This document shows, one piece after another, positions 55,746 to 64,000 of a stretch of 64,000 bases of DNA. Numbering within the stretch: the stretch's first letter is position 1; each line of letters begins with the position of its first letter. The stretch is from Candidatus Bathyarchaeota archaeon. Lineage in GTDB: Archaea > Thermoproteota > Bathyarchaeia > 40CM-2-53-6. Location of the stretch: positions 8,435 to 72,434 of the forward strand of contig CAVPLU010000008.1 in assembly GCA_963706285.1 (NCBI GenBank). The letters are read 5' to 3'. A program made the translations under genes and the position numbers. The notes beneath the pieces were generated by a model. The model made no database searches and was not told the origin of the DNA. It was given only the letters and a program-made list of their open reading frames with translations.

Positions 55746-56795
55746 CTAACACTCGACAGAAGAAAGGGCAGATCATTTACCGACTGCAGGATAGCGTCAG
55801 CACCGAGTTTCGCAAGTGCGGCCGCTCTATGCGGGCTATTGGCCAGGGGTGTTACACCGCAGAATGTGAACTTGCCAAGTGCCCGATTCGCGTTATTGGT
55901 CATCATTAGGTCTTCCACGGAATCGCCGACATAGAGGATACTTTTGGAGGCTTTCGCATGGTCAGCTGCGAGCAAGAGAGATTCCGGACTGGGTTTGCCT
56001 GGAATTGGTTGTTTCGCGTTGATATGTGGGTCGTGGTCCTCAAGGAAGATCATCGGCCCATCCTGAAAGAATCTCATTAGTTCGCCGAGGGTTTGTTCGG
56101 TCCCTAGGCGTGACCTGCCCGATACAATACCTATCGTACCCTTCGGCACAAGTGAGGACAACAGCTGCAACGTTTCCGCTGATACGATGACCTTTTCGGA
56201 ATCTATCAGACCTCTCTTGCAGCCAACGACGGGGTCTAGCCCGTGAAGTTGCTTGATGAGTTCAGGACCATAGTAGTATTCGTCGAAGACTCTGCTAAGC
56301 GAACTTGACACCGGCCCGCCTGGATAACCTAGTCTCTCGAGAAGTTCGTGTATGTTTGCTGCCGATTTCGCGGACTTCCGCTTTGATTTCATCCGCGAAT
56401 GAGGCGAATCCATGCGAAGCTCTGTTCAATAGACCCAACACTCGGGCGGGAAACGCTTCAGAGTCAAGCACTTCTTGGAGTCCTACGACTCTCTTGCTCT
56501 GATCATGAAGGCATTTCTTGACTTCCTCGCTTGGAAGATTGGCTACGATGCTGACTAGGATGGCTGCCGTCGCGTCGATGTCATTGTTGTATTGCCCTGT
56601 TGCTCTAAGAGCTTCAACAAGTTGCTGCGTTGGGAAAGTCGGACTAAGCTTCAGCCCAAGAATGCTGGAAAGGAAATGGGAGACGGTAACCTCTATCGCT
56701 CGGTCATATGAGCCACTTGAATCGATCAGGACGCCGTCTACATCAAAGATGACTGCGTCAGTGAGTCCAAGCGCGTCCATCTTTGAGACACGCAA
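55742..56795 (-). pseudogene. HAD-superfamily phosphatase embedded in the his operon (candidate histidinol-phosphate phosphatase), split by one +1 frame break
   Basis: ORF 56295-56795 carries motif I VIFDVDGVLIDS. ORF 55742-56413 carries IVSGRS and YVGDSVEDL. The frames differ by +1 and the overlap window is 56295-56413. Confidence 0.7.
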
Positions 56796-56835
56796 TAATC
56801 CATTGTTACCGTTCGCGCCCAGATGCTTGTATCCG

Positions 56836-57936
56836 TCAAATCTGTCCGTCGCTCATGACCTCCTCAAGTGCGCTCAGCAACTTTTCGTTCATGGGTCTCG
56901 TGCCAACAGTTGCTCGGAAACAACCCCTGTAACCAAGCACGTCACCGATGTCCTTGACAGATACCCCTAGCAATCGAAGTCCGGCGGATATCTTGGCAGA
57001 GTTCTGGCCAGTGCAAACGAGAATGAAATTCGTTTCCGAATTGAAAATCCTGAATCCCTTGATTCGCGTGAGACGTTCCATTAGCCAGTTGCGCTCTTGT
57101 TTCATCTTGGAGACGCCGTCTCGTATAGCCTCAAGATTTCGTAGACACTCTATCCCAAGTCTAGCCGTGAATCTGCTGATGGGATAGGGGAGCTGCGCTT
57201 TCTCTGCTAAGGCTTTGCTGAGTTCTGCGTTTGCGACCATATAGCCAAGGCGAGCGCCTGCCATTCCGAACGCTTTGGAAAACGTTCGAATCAGTGCCAA
57301 GTTTGGATGCGTTCTGATCAATGGAACAAGAGAACGCTCAGTAAACTCCACATAAGCTTCATCCACAACGACGAGTCCAGGATATTTGTTGAGCACTTCC
57401 ACGATATCGGTCTCAGAGAACTGATTGCCTGTTGGATTATTTGGCGAGCAAAGGAACATAATTGATGCTTGGGCTTGGTCGGCTGCGGAGATAAGGCGCG
57501 GAACATCGAGTGAGAAGTCCTCCTGCAGAGGAACCTGAATGACCTTGCCTCCAACTAGCTCTACGCGGAGCCTATACATCGAATAAGTCGGTGAGATGGA
57601 AATCGCGGATCCTTGCCTCAATAGTATGGTTGCCGCTAGGTCGATGAGCTGATCTTCACCATTGGCGAGTACTATGCATTTGGGGTCAATTTGGAGCCAT
57701 TGTCCGAGCATCTTGCGTAGCTCGATGGTTTCCTCTCGTGGGTAGACTCTGAGATCGCAGCGAGCGGCATCTTCAGCCATTTTTCGGACGAGGCCGACGT
57801 CAACAAAGTAGTTTTCGTTGCTGTCAAGGCCTACAAGGCGACTATCATCTGCCTCGCCGGCTCGAACAAGAGCGTAGCCTTCTGACGCCTGAAGCCTAGA
57901 AAGGATCTCTTCGAGTCCACTGTATTTTCGGTTCAA
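56836..57936 (-). CDS. hisC: Histidinol-phosphate aminotransferase
   Basis: LDSNENYF, PNNPTGN and the PLP-lysine context RTFSKAFGMAGARLGY. TTG 57936 overlaps the hisD TGA. The longer ORF-track start lies inside hisD. Confidence 0.9.
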   Translation of the reverse strand: MNRKYSGLEEILSRLQASEGYALVRAGEADDSRLVGLDSNENYFVDVGLVRKMAEDAARCDLRVYPREETIELRKMLGQWLQIDPKCIVLANGEDQLIDLAATILLRQGSAISISPTYSMYRLRVELVGGKVIQVPLQEDFSLDVPRLISAADQAQASIMFLCSPNNPTGNQFSETDIVEVLNKYPGLVVVDEAYVEFTERSLVPLIRTHPNLALIRTFSKAFGMAGARLGYMVANAELSKALAEKAQLPYPISRFTARLGIECLRNLEAIRDGVSKMKQERNWLMERLTRIKGFRIFNSETNFILVCTGQNSAKISAGLRLLGVSVKDIGDVLGYRGCFRATVGTRPMNEKLLSALEEVMSDGQI

Positions 57937-59261
57937 GTTTTCAGACGCTCCATTACTGCGAGGGCGTGATTCTCCAAGCCCTCGGCTTTTGCAAGGACAA
58001 TTGCGGGTTTTGCAATGTTGCGAAGGCCCTCTCGACTGCAGCTGACAGTCTCCAAGCGTCGCATGAAGTCCCAGACGCAAAGGCCGGAGTATGATCTCGC
58101 AAGTCCTCCGGTTGGAAGTATGTGGTTGCTTCCAACTGAATAGTCACTGACGGCGCTCGGCGAGTGATCTCCCACAAGCAGCAGTCCGCAATTCTTGATG
58201 TTTCCTGAAATTCTTTGAGCGAACCCCATCAACTGGACGTGTTCAGGGGCGAAGGCATTTGCGAACGCCGTTGCCTCGCGTAGATTCTTGGCGATGCAGA
58301 TGAAGAAGCTGCGCTCCAACGCCTTACCCGCTATCTCACGTTCGGCTCTTTCCGCGAGGATTTCTGATAGCGTTGAGATGATGCGTTGGGCGTTTCGCGC
58401 GGAATCGGTAACGACCCCACATATGCTCCACGGCGAGTGCTCGGCCTGCGCCACCAGATCTCGGGCAACAAAGTTTCTGTCGAAATTCCCGAAAGCCACG
58501 ACGAGTAGCTCCGTCGGGCCTGCAGGCAGATCTATTGCGACATCTTTGGAGACGATCTCTTTTGCTGCCAATACGTATGGTCCGCCTGGTCCAACTATCT
58601 TGTCTACCGGTTTGATCGATGCCGTTCCGTATGCCATCGCAGCGACGGCTTGGGCGCCGCCCACCTTGTAAACCTCGTCAACACCGCAGAATTGCGCGGC
58701 GGCAGCTACGAGAGGATTAAGCTTTCCATTGGGCAGCGGTGGCGAACAGACCACAGTTCGGGCAACACCTGCTGTCTCTGCCAAGACCGCGCCCATGATA
58801 AGCGAACTTGGGTAGGCGACGCGACCTCCTGGAACATAGCATCCTACGCTATCGAAGGGGTGGAAGGCTCTGCTAATTCGGACGCCTCTTCGCACCGATG
58901 TGAACCCCCTCAGCATTTTCAGGTCCAAGGCCGTTTGACTACGGAGCTGTTCAGCGGCAAACCTCAAAGCCCTAGACTCCTCAGCAGGAACCCTTGCAGA
59001 TGCCGCGTGTATCTCGTGTTTCGATGCTAAGAACTTGGACGGACACGTTCCATCGAGCAGCTGCGACCATCGTCGAAGTGCTGCATCTCCATGCTTTCTT
59101 ACGTCGAGCACAATCTTTGCGGCGACACGTGTGACAGATGGCTCCAGCGTTGTCTTCTGGCGCAGGAATTTTGCGGTCTCACATGCGTTTCTGGATGTGA
59201 GATAGATAATCTTAGCCTTGAGGCGGCGCTCCATTGCTCTCCTCTCGGCCGATCTGCTCAA
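57933..59261 (-). CDS. hisD: Histidinol dehydrogenase
   Basis: PAGPTELLVVA, AQAEHSP, APEHVQL and GSNHILPTGG. The start (59261 or ATG 59234) overlaps the 3' end of hisG. Confidence 0.9.
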   Translation of the reverse strand: MSRSAERRAMERRLKAKIIYLTSRNACETAKFLRQKTTLEPSVTRVAAKIVLDVRKHGDAALRRWSQLLDGTCPSKFLASKHEIHAASARVPAEESRALRFAAEQLRSQTALDLKMLRGFTSVRRGVRISRAFHPFDSVGCYVPGGRVAYPSSLIMGAVLAETAGVARTVVCSPPLPNGKLNPLVAAAAQFCGVDEVYKVGGAQAVAAMAYGTASIKPVDKIVGPGGPYVLAAKEIVSKDVAIDLPAGPTELLVVAFGNFDRNFVARDLVAQAEHSPWSICGVVTDSARNAQRIISTLSEILAERAEREIAGKALERSFFICIAKNLREATAFANAFAPEHVQLMGFAQRISGNIKNCGLLLVGDHSPSAVSDYSVGSNHILPTGGLARSYSGLCVWDFMRRLETVSCSREGLRNIAKPAIVLAKAEGLENHALAVMERLKT

Positions 59262-60210
59262 GCGGCAGGATTTGTTGAGGCTCGTGCACTACGAGCCCTT
59301 GTGCGAGTTTGCGTAGAGTTGGCAGTAGTTTGAAGAGTTCTGATTTGTCGATTATTGTGTTGATCGAGAACCAGTTGGGATCAGAAAGTGAGCTGATCGT
59401 GGGACGCTTGAGTGCTGGAAGTCGAGAGAGGAGTTCATTCAAGTTCTCTTTCTTTACATTCAAGAATATGTGCAGCTTACCTTCGGCTTCGACAACTCCT
59501 TTCAGTAGGGTGAGGATGTCGTAGATCTTCTCGCGCTTCCCGCTATCCTTGAGCGAGTCTCGATTAACGATCAGTACAGTCGTGGAATGTAGGACAGTGT
59601 CCAGGATTTTGAGCTTGTTCGCCTGCAGAGTCGTTCCGGTTTCAACAACGTCCAAGATGGCGTCTGCCTCTTCAGGGGGTTTCGCTTCTGTAGCCCCGAA
59701 TGAGAGATAGACTCTCGCGGCCGCGTTATCGCCCTTGGTCCACCACGGCGTTATCACCAAAGGAGATTTCTCTCCAAACCTCCGACGATAAGACGCCAGA
59801 GAACTCAGGTATCTCGCTGCAATGTTGAGATACTCCGTTGAGATTCGGACCGGTCTGCCCGAGTTCCATATTTCTTCTACGTACTCGTCAGCTGATGTTG
59901 AGTGCGTTGATTCAGGAGCCGCAAAAACGAGCCTCACCGCACCGTATCTAAGGTCGAAGAGTGTCTCAACGTCAACGTTTGTCTCTTTGACCCAGTCTTG
60001 TCCCGTTATTCCAACGTCGTAGGCGCCCTCATTCACAACGATTGGTATCTCTTGGGGCCGAAGAAGCTTCACCTCTACCTCTTGGTCACTCAGGACTGGG
60101 CGATAGGTGCGGCTCTTACCGTAGACTCTGTACCACGCCCGCTCCAGAAGATTGAAGGTATCCTTCTCAAGGGAGCCTTTTGGAATTGCCAACTTAACTC
60201 TTGTAGTCAA
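59212..60210 (-). CDS. hisG: ATP phosphoribosyltransferase, long form with C-terminal regulatory domain
   Basis: KLAIPKGSL, DVGITGQDW, VETGTTL and a HisG_C-like tail (LNVKKENL...LPALKRPTISSL). TTG start. Confidence 0.9.
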   Translation of the reverse strand: MTTRVKLAIPKGSLEKDTFNLLERAWYRVYGKSRTYRPVLSDQEVEVKLLRPQEIPIVVNEGAYDVGITGQDWVKETNVDVETLFDLRYGAVRLVFAAPESTHSTSADEYVEEIWNSGRPVRISTEYLNIAARYLSSLASYRRRFGEKSPLVITPWWTKGDNAAARVYLSFGATEAKPPEEADAILDVVETGTTLQANKLKILDTVLHSTTVLIVNRDSLKDSGKREKIYDILTLLKGVVEAEGKLHIFLNVKKENLNELLSRLPALKRPTISSLSDPNWFSINTIIDKSELFKLLPTLRKLAQGLVVHEPQQILPLEQIGREESNGAPPQG

Positions 60211-60530
60211 ATCAAATTTCTCCTTAGGAACGCTCTAACGCCAAAAAGATCTGATACGATCTTATCAGAAAGTCGTCGCTCGATCAACGAACGGTCTGGC
60301 ATCCTACGAATGAACGCAATCGCCTGTTGTGAACTGAATCCCTCATTTTGGCCACGACCAGCGGTCTCCAGACTCGGCCTGTTATTTAACCGTTAGGACA
60401 GGTGCGAGCATCACATGACTTGAGACGACTCGATGTGAACACTACACGCAATTGTGTTGCTCCCTTCCACAGTGTCTCTTTTCTAGCCGATACCACAATC
60501 TGGTGCCTGCTAACGGAGACGATTCAATTT

Positions 60531-60975
60531 ATGCAACGCATCTTCTACCCCAACAGCATCGTCGTCATAGGAGAGTCAGAACGACCAGAAAACCTGGCTC
60601 GCACCATCATCGCCAACCTGTTTGCATTCGGCTACAAGGGCAAGCTATTCGCGGTAGGACGAAAGGAAGGAAGTTTTCAGGGAATCACAATTGCGACTTC
60701 ACCAGATCAGGTTCCAGATGGCCTTGACCTGGCAGTGATCCTTACGCCAGCAGCTACAGTGCCTAGTCTTATGGAGGCGTGCGGTCGAAAAGGCATCAGC
60801 CACCTCGTCATCGAATCAGGTGGCTTCAGCGAGTTCTCCGAAGAGGGGGAAGCTTAGAGCAGCAGCTCCTGAAGATTGCTCGTCGACTCGACATGCGCAC
60901 GTCGGTCCCAACTGCATCAGCGTCATCAATTTTGAAACTGGACTCTGTCTGCCCTTTGGGTCCATGTCTCCTGTC
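60531..60975 (+). pseudogene. 5' fragment of an ADP-forming acetyl-CoA synthetase / CoA-binding-domain gene, with two -1 frame breaks, then truncated
   Basis: Frames 0,2,1 read MQRIFYPNSIVVIGESERP...LVIESGGFSEFSEEG | SLEQQLLKIARRLDMR | VGPNCISVINFETGL. Homology stops at about 60970, where the converging glpK fragment begins. Confidence 0.6.
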
Positions 60976-61276
60976 AATGCCCGACTATCGCATTGTGTAT
61001 TGGTTTGCCTGTACGCCGGTCCCAGACAATCGTCGTTTCTCGCTGGTTTGTTGCACCGATTGCGGCTATCTTGGTTTTGTGACCACTAGCTGCTTTCTTG
61101 GCGGTGAGTATCTGAGTCGACCATATGACGTTCGGGTCATGCTCAACCCATCTTGGGCGAGGAAAGATCTGGCGAAATTCTTGTCTTCCGGACCGCACTA
61201 GTCTACAATGTTCGTCGAACAGAGTTGCACGTGAGCTAGTGGTTCCCTGATCAAGCGAGAGGACGTATCGCTTCAA
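60974..61276 (-). pseudogene. glpK: 5' fragment (~100 codons) of glycerol kinase
   Basis: [20 protein letters not shown]...[10 protein letters not shown]...[29 protein letters not shown], then G-H-stop where GlpK continues WQD. Confidence 0.7.
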
Positions 61277-61419
61277 TATGAACGCTACTAGCTTGCTATC
61301 TCCTAGATATCTCACTTGTCAAAACGATCCTCTGGATACATCGCTGTGGTCGCAAGTGTTTTGAATCTCCACCCTGCAGACTTGCCGCATTCCAGAGCGG
61401 ATCATGACGATGATGAACG

Positions 61420-61656
61420 ATGATTGATTCCATGTTCAGAAAACCCGACCGAGTTAGCGACTGTGAGATCTGTCAGAAAAAGCCGGCAACTAGAAGAGCA
61501 CATTTCACAGCACATTTCCTCCAAGAAGATCCTACACCTCTAATGGTAGAGGAGAAGGTTGCGAAGGTCGAGATCGAGAAAAGAGTGTGCGATGGCTGCG
61601 CAGATAAGCTTCAGAATATGAAGAATGTTACCGACCTAGCGTTCGAGAATCTCTAA
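61420..61656 (+). CDS. Hypothetical small CxxC...CxxC protein
   Basis: 78 aa with CEIC at residues 15-18 and CDGC near residue 58. No recognised family. Confidence 0.4.
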   Translation: MIDSMFRKPDRVSDCEICQKKPATRRAHFTAHFLQEDPTPLMVEEKVAKVEIEKRVCDGCADKLQNMKNVTDLAFENL

Positions 61657-61695
61657 GATGGACCAGATGAGTGGACGAGTCTTGCACAGCAATTC

Positions 61696-62253
61696 TTACG
61701 GGTTGAGCAGTTGTTGGTCAACTTGCTTGACGATACCTGTGACAGCTCGTTTATTGATAATGCCCTTTGCCATCTGTTTCGCTGCTTCGAGCTTGTCTAT
61801 GTAGTAGCGTATCTGATTGATCTTACCATTGCTCAGTTCCATCACAACCACTGCTGGGATCTGTCCCTCGCGGCCATCCTGCAATCGAACTTCGTGAATG
61901 TATTCGTGGGTCAGCATGTCTCCAGAAACAATTGGCGGATGGATGTCTTTCGTAACAGACTTCGGGAAGTTCTTCATAGCTTTCTCTAGGTACTCCCTAA
62001 TCTCCTGTTTGTTGTACATTGTGGCACCCGGCATCACGATCCAACTGGCGTCGTCTGCGAACATCGACATTGCCTTGTCTATGTCTCGGTTGTTGAGGGC
62101 AGCATGAAAGTCCCAAGCGATCTTTCTATTCGTCTCTATCGACAAGCGAATACTCTTCGGAAGATCGACCTTGACGTGAGTGAGATTCACGTCTATTGAG
62201 AGATAGCGCTTTTGATGGAAGTCAGAGGTTTCTGCGCGGAGTGACCCAATCAC
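61696..62253 (-). CDS. SnoaL/NTF2-like fold protein
   Basis: NRKIAWDFHAALNNRDIDKAMSMFADDASW...GKINQIRYYID, a typical SnoaL-like polyketide-cyclase/ketosteroid-isomerase-like pattern. The N-terminal boundary is uncertain. Confidence 0.55.
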   Translation of the reverse strand: MIGSLRAETSDFHQKRYLSIDVNLTHVKVDLPKSIRLSIETNRKIAWDFHAALNNRDIDKAMSMFADDASWIVMPGATMYNKQEIREYLEKAMKNFPKSVTKDIHPPIVSGDMLTHEYIHEVRLQDGREGQIPAVVVMELSNGKINQIRYYIDKLEAAKQMAKGIINKRAVTGIVKQVDQQLLNP

Positions 62254-63095
62254 GAGAATTTTGCGTGGCTCATTCCCTCTTTTCCGTAGATGATTTGATT
62301 GCTGAAGAGGCCTCTTAGGCTGCTCGCGTCCTTCGGTTCATGAGCGGACGGGTTGAGTAGGAAAATGGCAGTTATCTTCGTGTCCGAGAGTTGCTCTAGT
62401 GCGTTGAGCGTGAATTTGTAGGCTGTTCGAGGATCTGTAGACAACATTAGATCGGTGAGGCTGTCGTAGACCATGTTGAGCGGTCTCTCTTGATGGTCGT
62501 CCAGAATCGAAGAGAGCATTAGATCGTGGGTAAGGTGAATGGTCTTCACATGTTCATCTCCGCTGAGAGCCTGTTCTAGAACGCTTCCGTGGGGTGTAAG
62601 AACGAGCACTTTTTCTTTGTTGGTCGTGCATTCAAGAGCGAAGTCTCTTAGGGCGGTTTGATAGGGCATGGACGGGTCGAACTCGAGCAGCATCTTCTTG
62701 CCGGTCAAGGTGCTATGATCGATCCCGAGCTGTCCCGAGAATCTGGTCTTTCGTGATGGTTCGGTGCTCCTAGACATAGATGGAGGAGTTGCACGTCGAA
62801 GTGGCAGTCCTCCAAGGTAACTTACCAGTCCAGAGATCACAAGGACAATTCCCAAACCCGCCACCGAATATGCGATCCATGTCTGAGTAGGCATTGCAGT
62901 CGACTGCGACAGCAAGAAGAGAACGCCAATCAGGACAACTATCAGGCCGAGAGCAAGCCAATGCACTGGGTGTCGCTTGTGATCAGGCGCCATTGTTACT
63001 GTCAAGTCCGTGATTGCACCACACTTGACACAGCATTCAGCGTTCTCTTCAAGTGGTGCCCCACATTTGCTGCAGAACTTGGCGTTCGTTGTCAT
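62250..63095 (-). CDS. Zn-ribbon + 2 TM + RecA/KaiC-like domain lacking a Walker A loop
   Basis: KFCSKCGAPLEENAECCVKCG, then two hydrophobic helices, then LLEFDPSMPYQ...VYDSLTDLML...ITAIFLLNP. This resembles KaiC/RadA-like signalling ATPase domains, but no GxxGxGKT is present. Confidence 0.5.
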   Translation of the reverse strand: MTTNAKFCSKCGAPLEENAECCVKCGAITDLTVTMAPDHKRHPVHWLALGLIVVLIGVLFLLSQSTAMPTQTWIAYSVAGLGIVLVISGLVSYLGGLPLRRATPPSMSRSTEPSRKTRFSGQLGIDHSTLTGKKMLLEFDPSMPYQTALRDFALECTTNKEKVLVLTPHGSVLEQALSGDEHVKTIHLTHDLMLSSILDDHQERPLNMVYDSLTDLMLSTDPRTAYKFTLNALEQLSDTKITAIFLLNPSAHEPKDASSLRGLFSNQIIYGKEGMSHAKFS

Positions 63096-63243
63096 CGGCA
63101 GTCGGCAAGACGAGTTTCTCTAGTTACGGGAAAAGAGTTTCGGTTCGTCAGGGGTAATAGTATGGGTCATTAAGATCGAGTCTATTTGTGAACGCTTCAG
63201 TCACGCGCTAGCCGGATACCTTCAGATGTGACTAGATCGGGTC

Positions 63244-63573
63244 TTATCTGTGTCGACTGTTTCTCCGATCCTTAGTGTCTCTTTGCTGCCAGTCTCTCTT
63301 TCTCTGAGTCTGAATCCTCATCCTTCCGGATCTGAATCCCATGCCATCTCTTCTGTACTCTTGTATCCCAGAATAGAATGCGTAATAGCTGTCTTCGCTA
63401 TCATCTTTCGAGAGAGCGGATATCAGCTCGTTCAGCTTGTTCCTGGCAGTCTCAGATCCGTTATCTTCCCATGCCCGAGAATAGACGCCATAGGCCACGT
63501 GAAATTTGAAATCCTGCGGCCTATCGATATCAAGCTTCACTGGAGCCTTGATTTCTGAGCTCTCTTCCGACAA
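63244..63573 (-). CDS. Hypothetical protein with strongly basic C-terminal tail
   Basis: 109-aa ORF with an acidic/aromatic core and the tail RMRIQTQRKRDWQQRDTKDRRNSRHR. No recognised family. Confidence 0.35.
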   Translation of the reverse strand: MSEESSEIKAPVKLDIDRPQDFKFHVAYGVYSRAWEDNGSETARNKLNELISALSKDDSEDSYYAFYSGIQEYRRDGMGFRSGRMRIQTQRKRDWQQRDTKDRRNSRHR

Positions 63574-63662
63574 GTCTGCTAGACTCTCTTAAACGCTGAC
63601 CGGACTGGTGTCGTCGTATTTAGGTCCTGCTGAAAACTTCGAGAACACAAAAGCACTCTCGG

Positions 63663-63950
63663 CTATTGAGCGATTCTTTCCGTGGATTGAACAGTTGAGA
63701 TGCTTCCTGTCTTCCACGGCAGTGACAGTTGCATTTCTCCTCTGAAGTGCTTGACAGTCGCATCGTGGATTACTACTGTGTCATCCTTTGCTATGGATTC
63801 AATCTGGCGGTTCCAGAGAGGTAATCGGACTTCTCCTGTGCCGTCGGACAGGGTTGCAATGCATACTGCAAGCGGTGAGCCGTTTCTTGACTCGACCGCC
63901 CTAACCTCAGATTTGTCCGTAACACGAGCTTTCAGGCTCACATGTTTCAA
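63663..63950 (-). CDS. Short single-OB-fold SSB paralogue (no tail)
   Basis: 95 aa. VSLKARVTDKSEVRAV.SR.G...LSDGTGEVRLPLWNRQI...FRGEMQLSL aligns motif-for-motif with the OB core of the SSB at 35720-36217. Confidence 0.6.
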   Translation of the reverse strand: MKHVSLKARVTDKSEVRAVESRNGSPLAVCIATLSDGTGEVRLPLWNRQIESIAKDDTVVIHDATVKHFRGEMQLSLPWKTGSISTVQSTERIAQ

Positions 63951-64000
63951 GCCGAATTGAAGATCCGCGATGCGCCTCTTGAAGTCGGCACTATTGCCAA

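Noticed and set aside
1-64000. I looked for CRISPR arrays, IS elements/transposases, integrases, rRNA genes and additional tRNAs.
   Set aside because: I saw no regularly spaced direct repeats, terminal inverted repeats, DDE or tyrosine-recombinase motifs, rRNA-like segments, or further cloverleaf candidates by eye. A covariance-model scan could still find small RNAs that I missed.

Overview
This is an archaeal chromosomal window. Supporting features are a group II chaperonin, a class II ribonucleotide reductase, single-OB SSBs and a tRNA with bulge-helix-bulge introns, which together look TACK-like. GC looks roughly balanced by eye but was not computed. All calls come from reading the translated ORFs and recalling family motifs; no searches were run.

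Layout:
- 1-12.6 kb: two convergently transcribed de novo purine blocks. The + strand carries purE'-purC-purB-purM-purS-purL-purQ. The - strand carries folD, two tandem purN-like genes, purD and purF.
- 13-41.6 kb: a 5'-truncated ABC permease remnant, thrC, a knotted-type carbamoyltransferase opposite a broken carbamate kinase, a HAD hydrolase, a USP, the thermosome, ubiX, a gamma-CA-like protein, an ABC-2 exporter, a phosphohexomutase, serS, nrdJ, a Zn-ribbon/JAMM pair, an RHH protein behind a TAAGCAA repeat array, MPG glycosylase, a GT2, pmbA/tldD, an SSB, a core-MetE-like protein, an NRAMP-family operon and larA.
- 41.7 kb: tRNA-Leu(CAG) carrying two non-canonical introns.
- 42.7-47.9 kb: an accessory-looking block with a DUF4062 protein, an NHEJ operon (Pol, Ku, Lig-PE) and a tightly coupled DUF72 gene.
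- 48-51.7 kb: a PD40 propeller protein, an EamA transporter, a cupin and a Tat/Moco oxidoreductase.
- 52.1-60.2 kb: a his operon, hisG-D-C-HAD-B-H-A-F-hisI::PRTase, with no hisE.
- 60.4-64 kb: decayed gene fragments plus small Zn-ribbon, KaiC-like and OB-fold proteins.

Most notable observations:
1. At least ten reading-frame breaks in six conserved genes all need exactly one nucleotide to be skipped.
2. The tRNA-Leu has two introns at non-canonical positions.
3. An NRAMP homologue has Mg-type (NRMT-like) binding-site substitutions and sits next to a free-standing MgtE-N/CBS protein.
4. The NHEJ + DUF72 + DUF4062 block lies beside the tRNA.
5. HisI is fused to a type I phosphoribosyltransferase domain.
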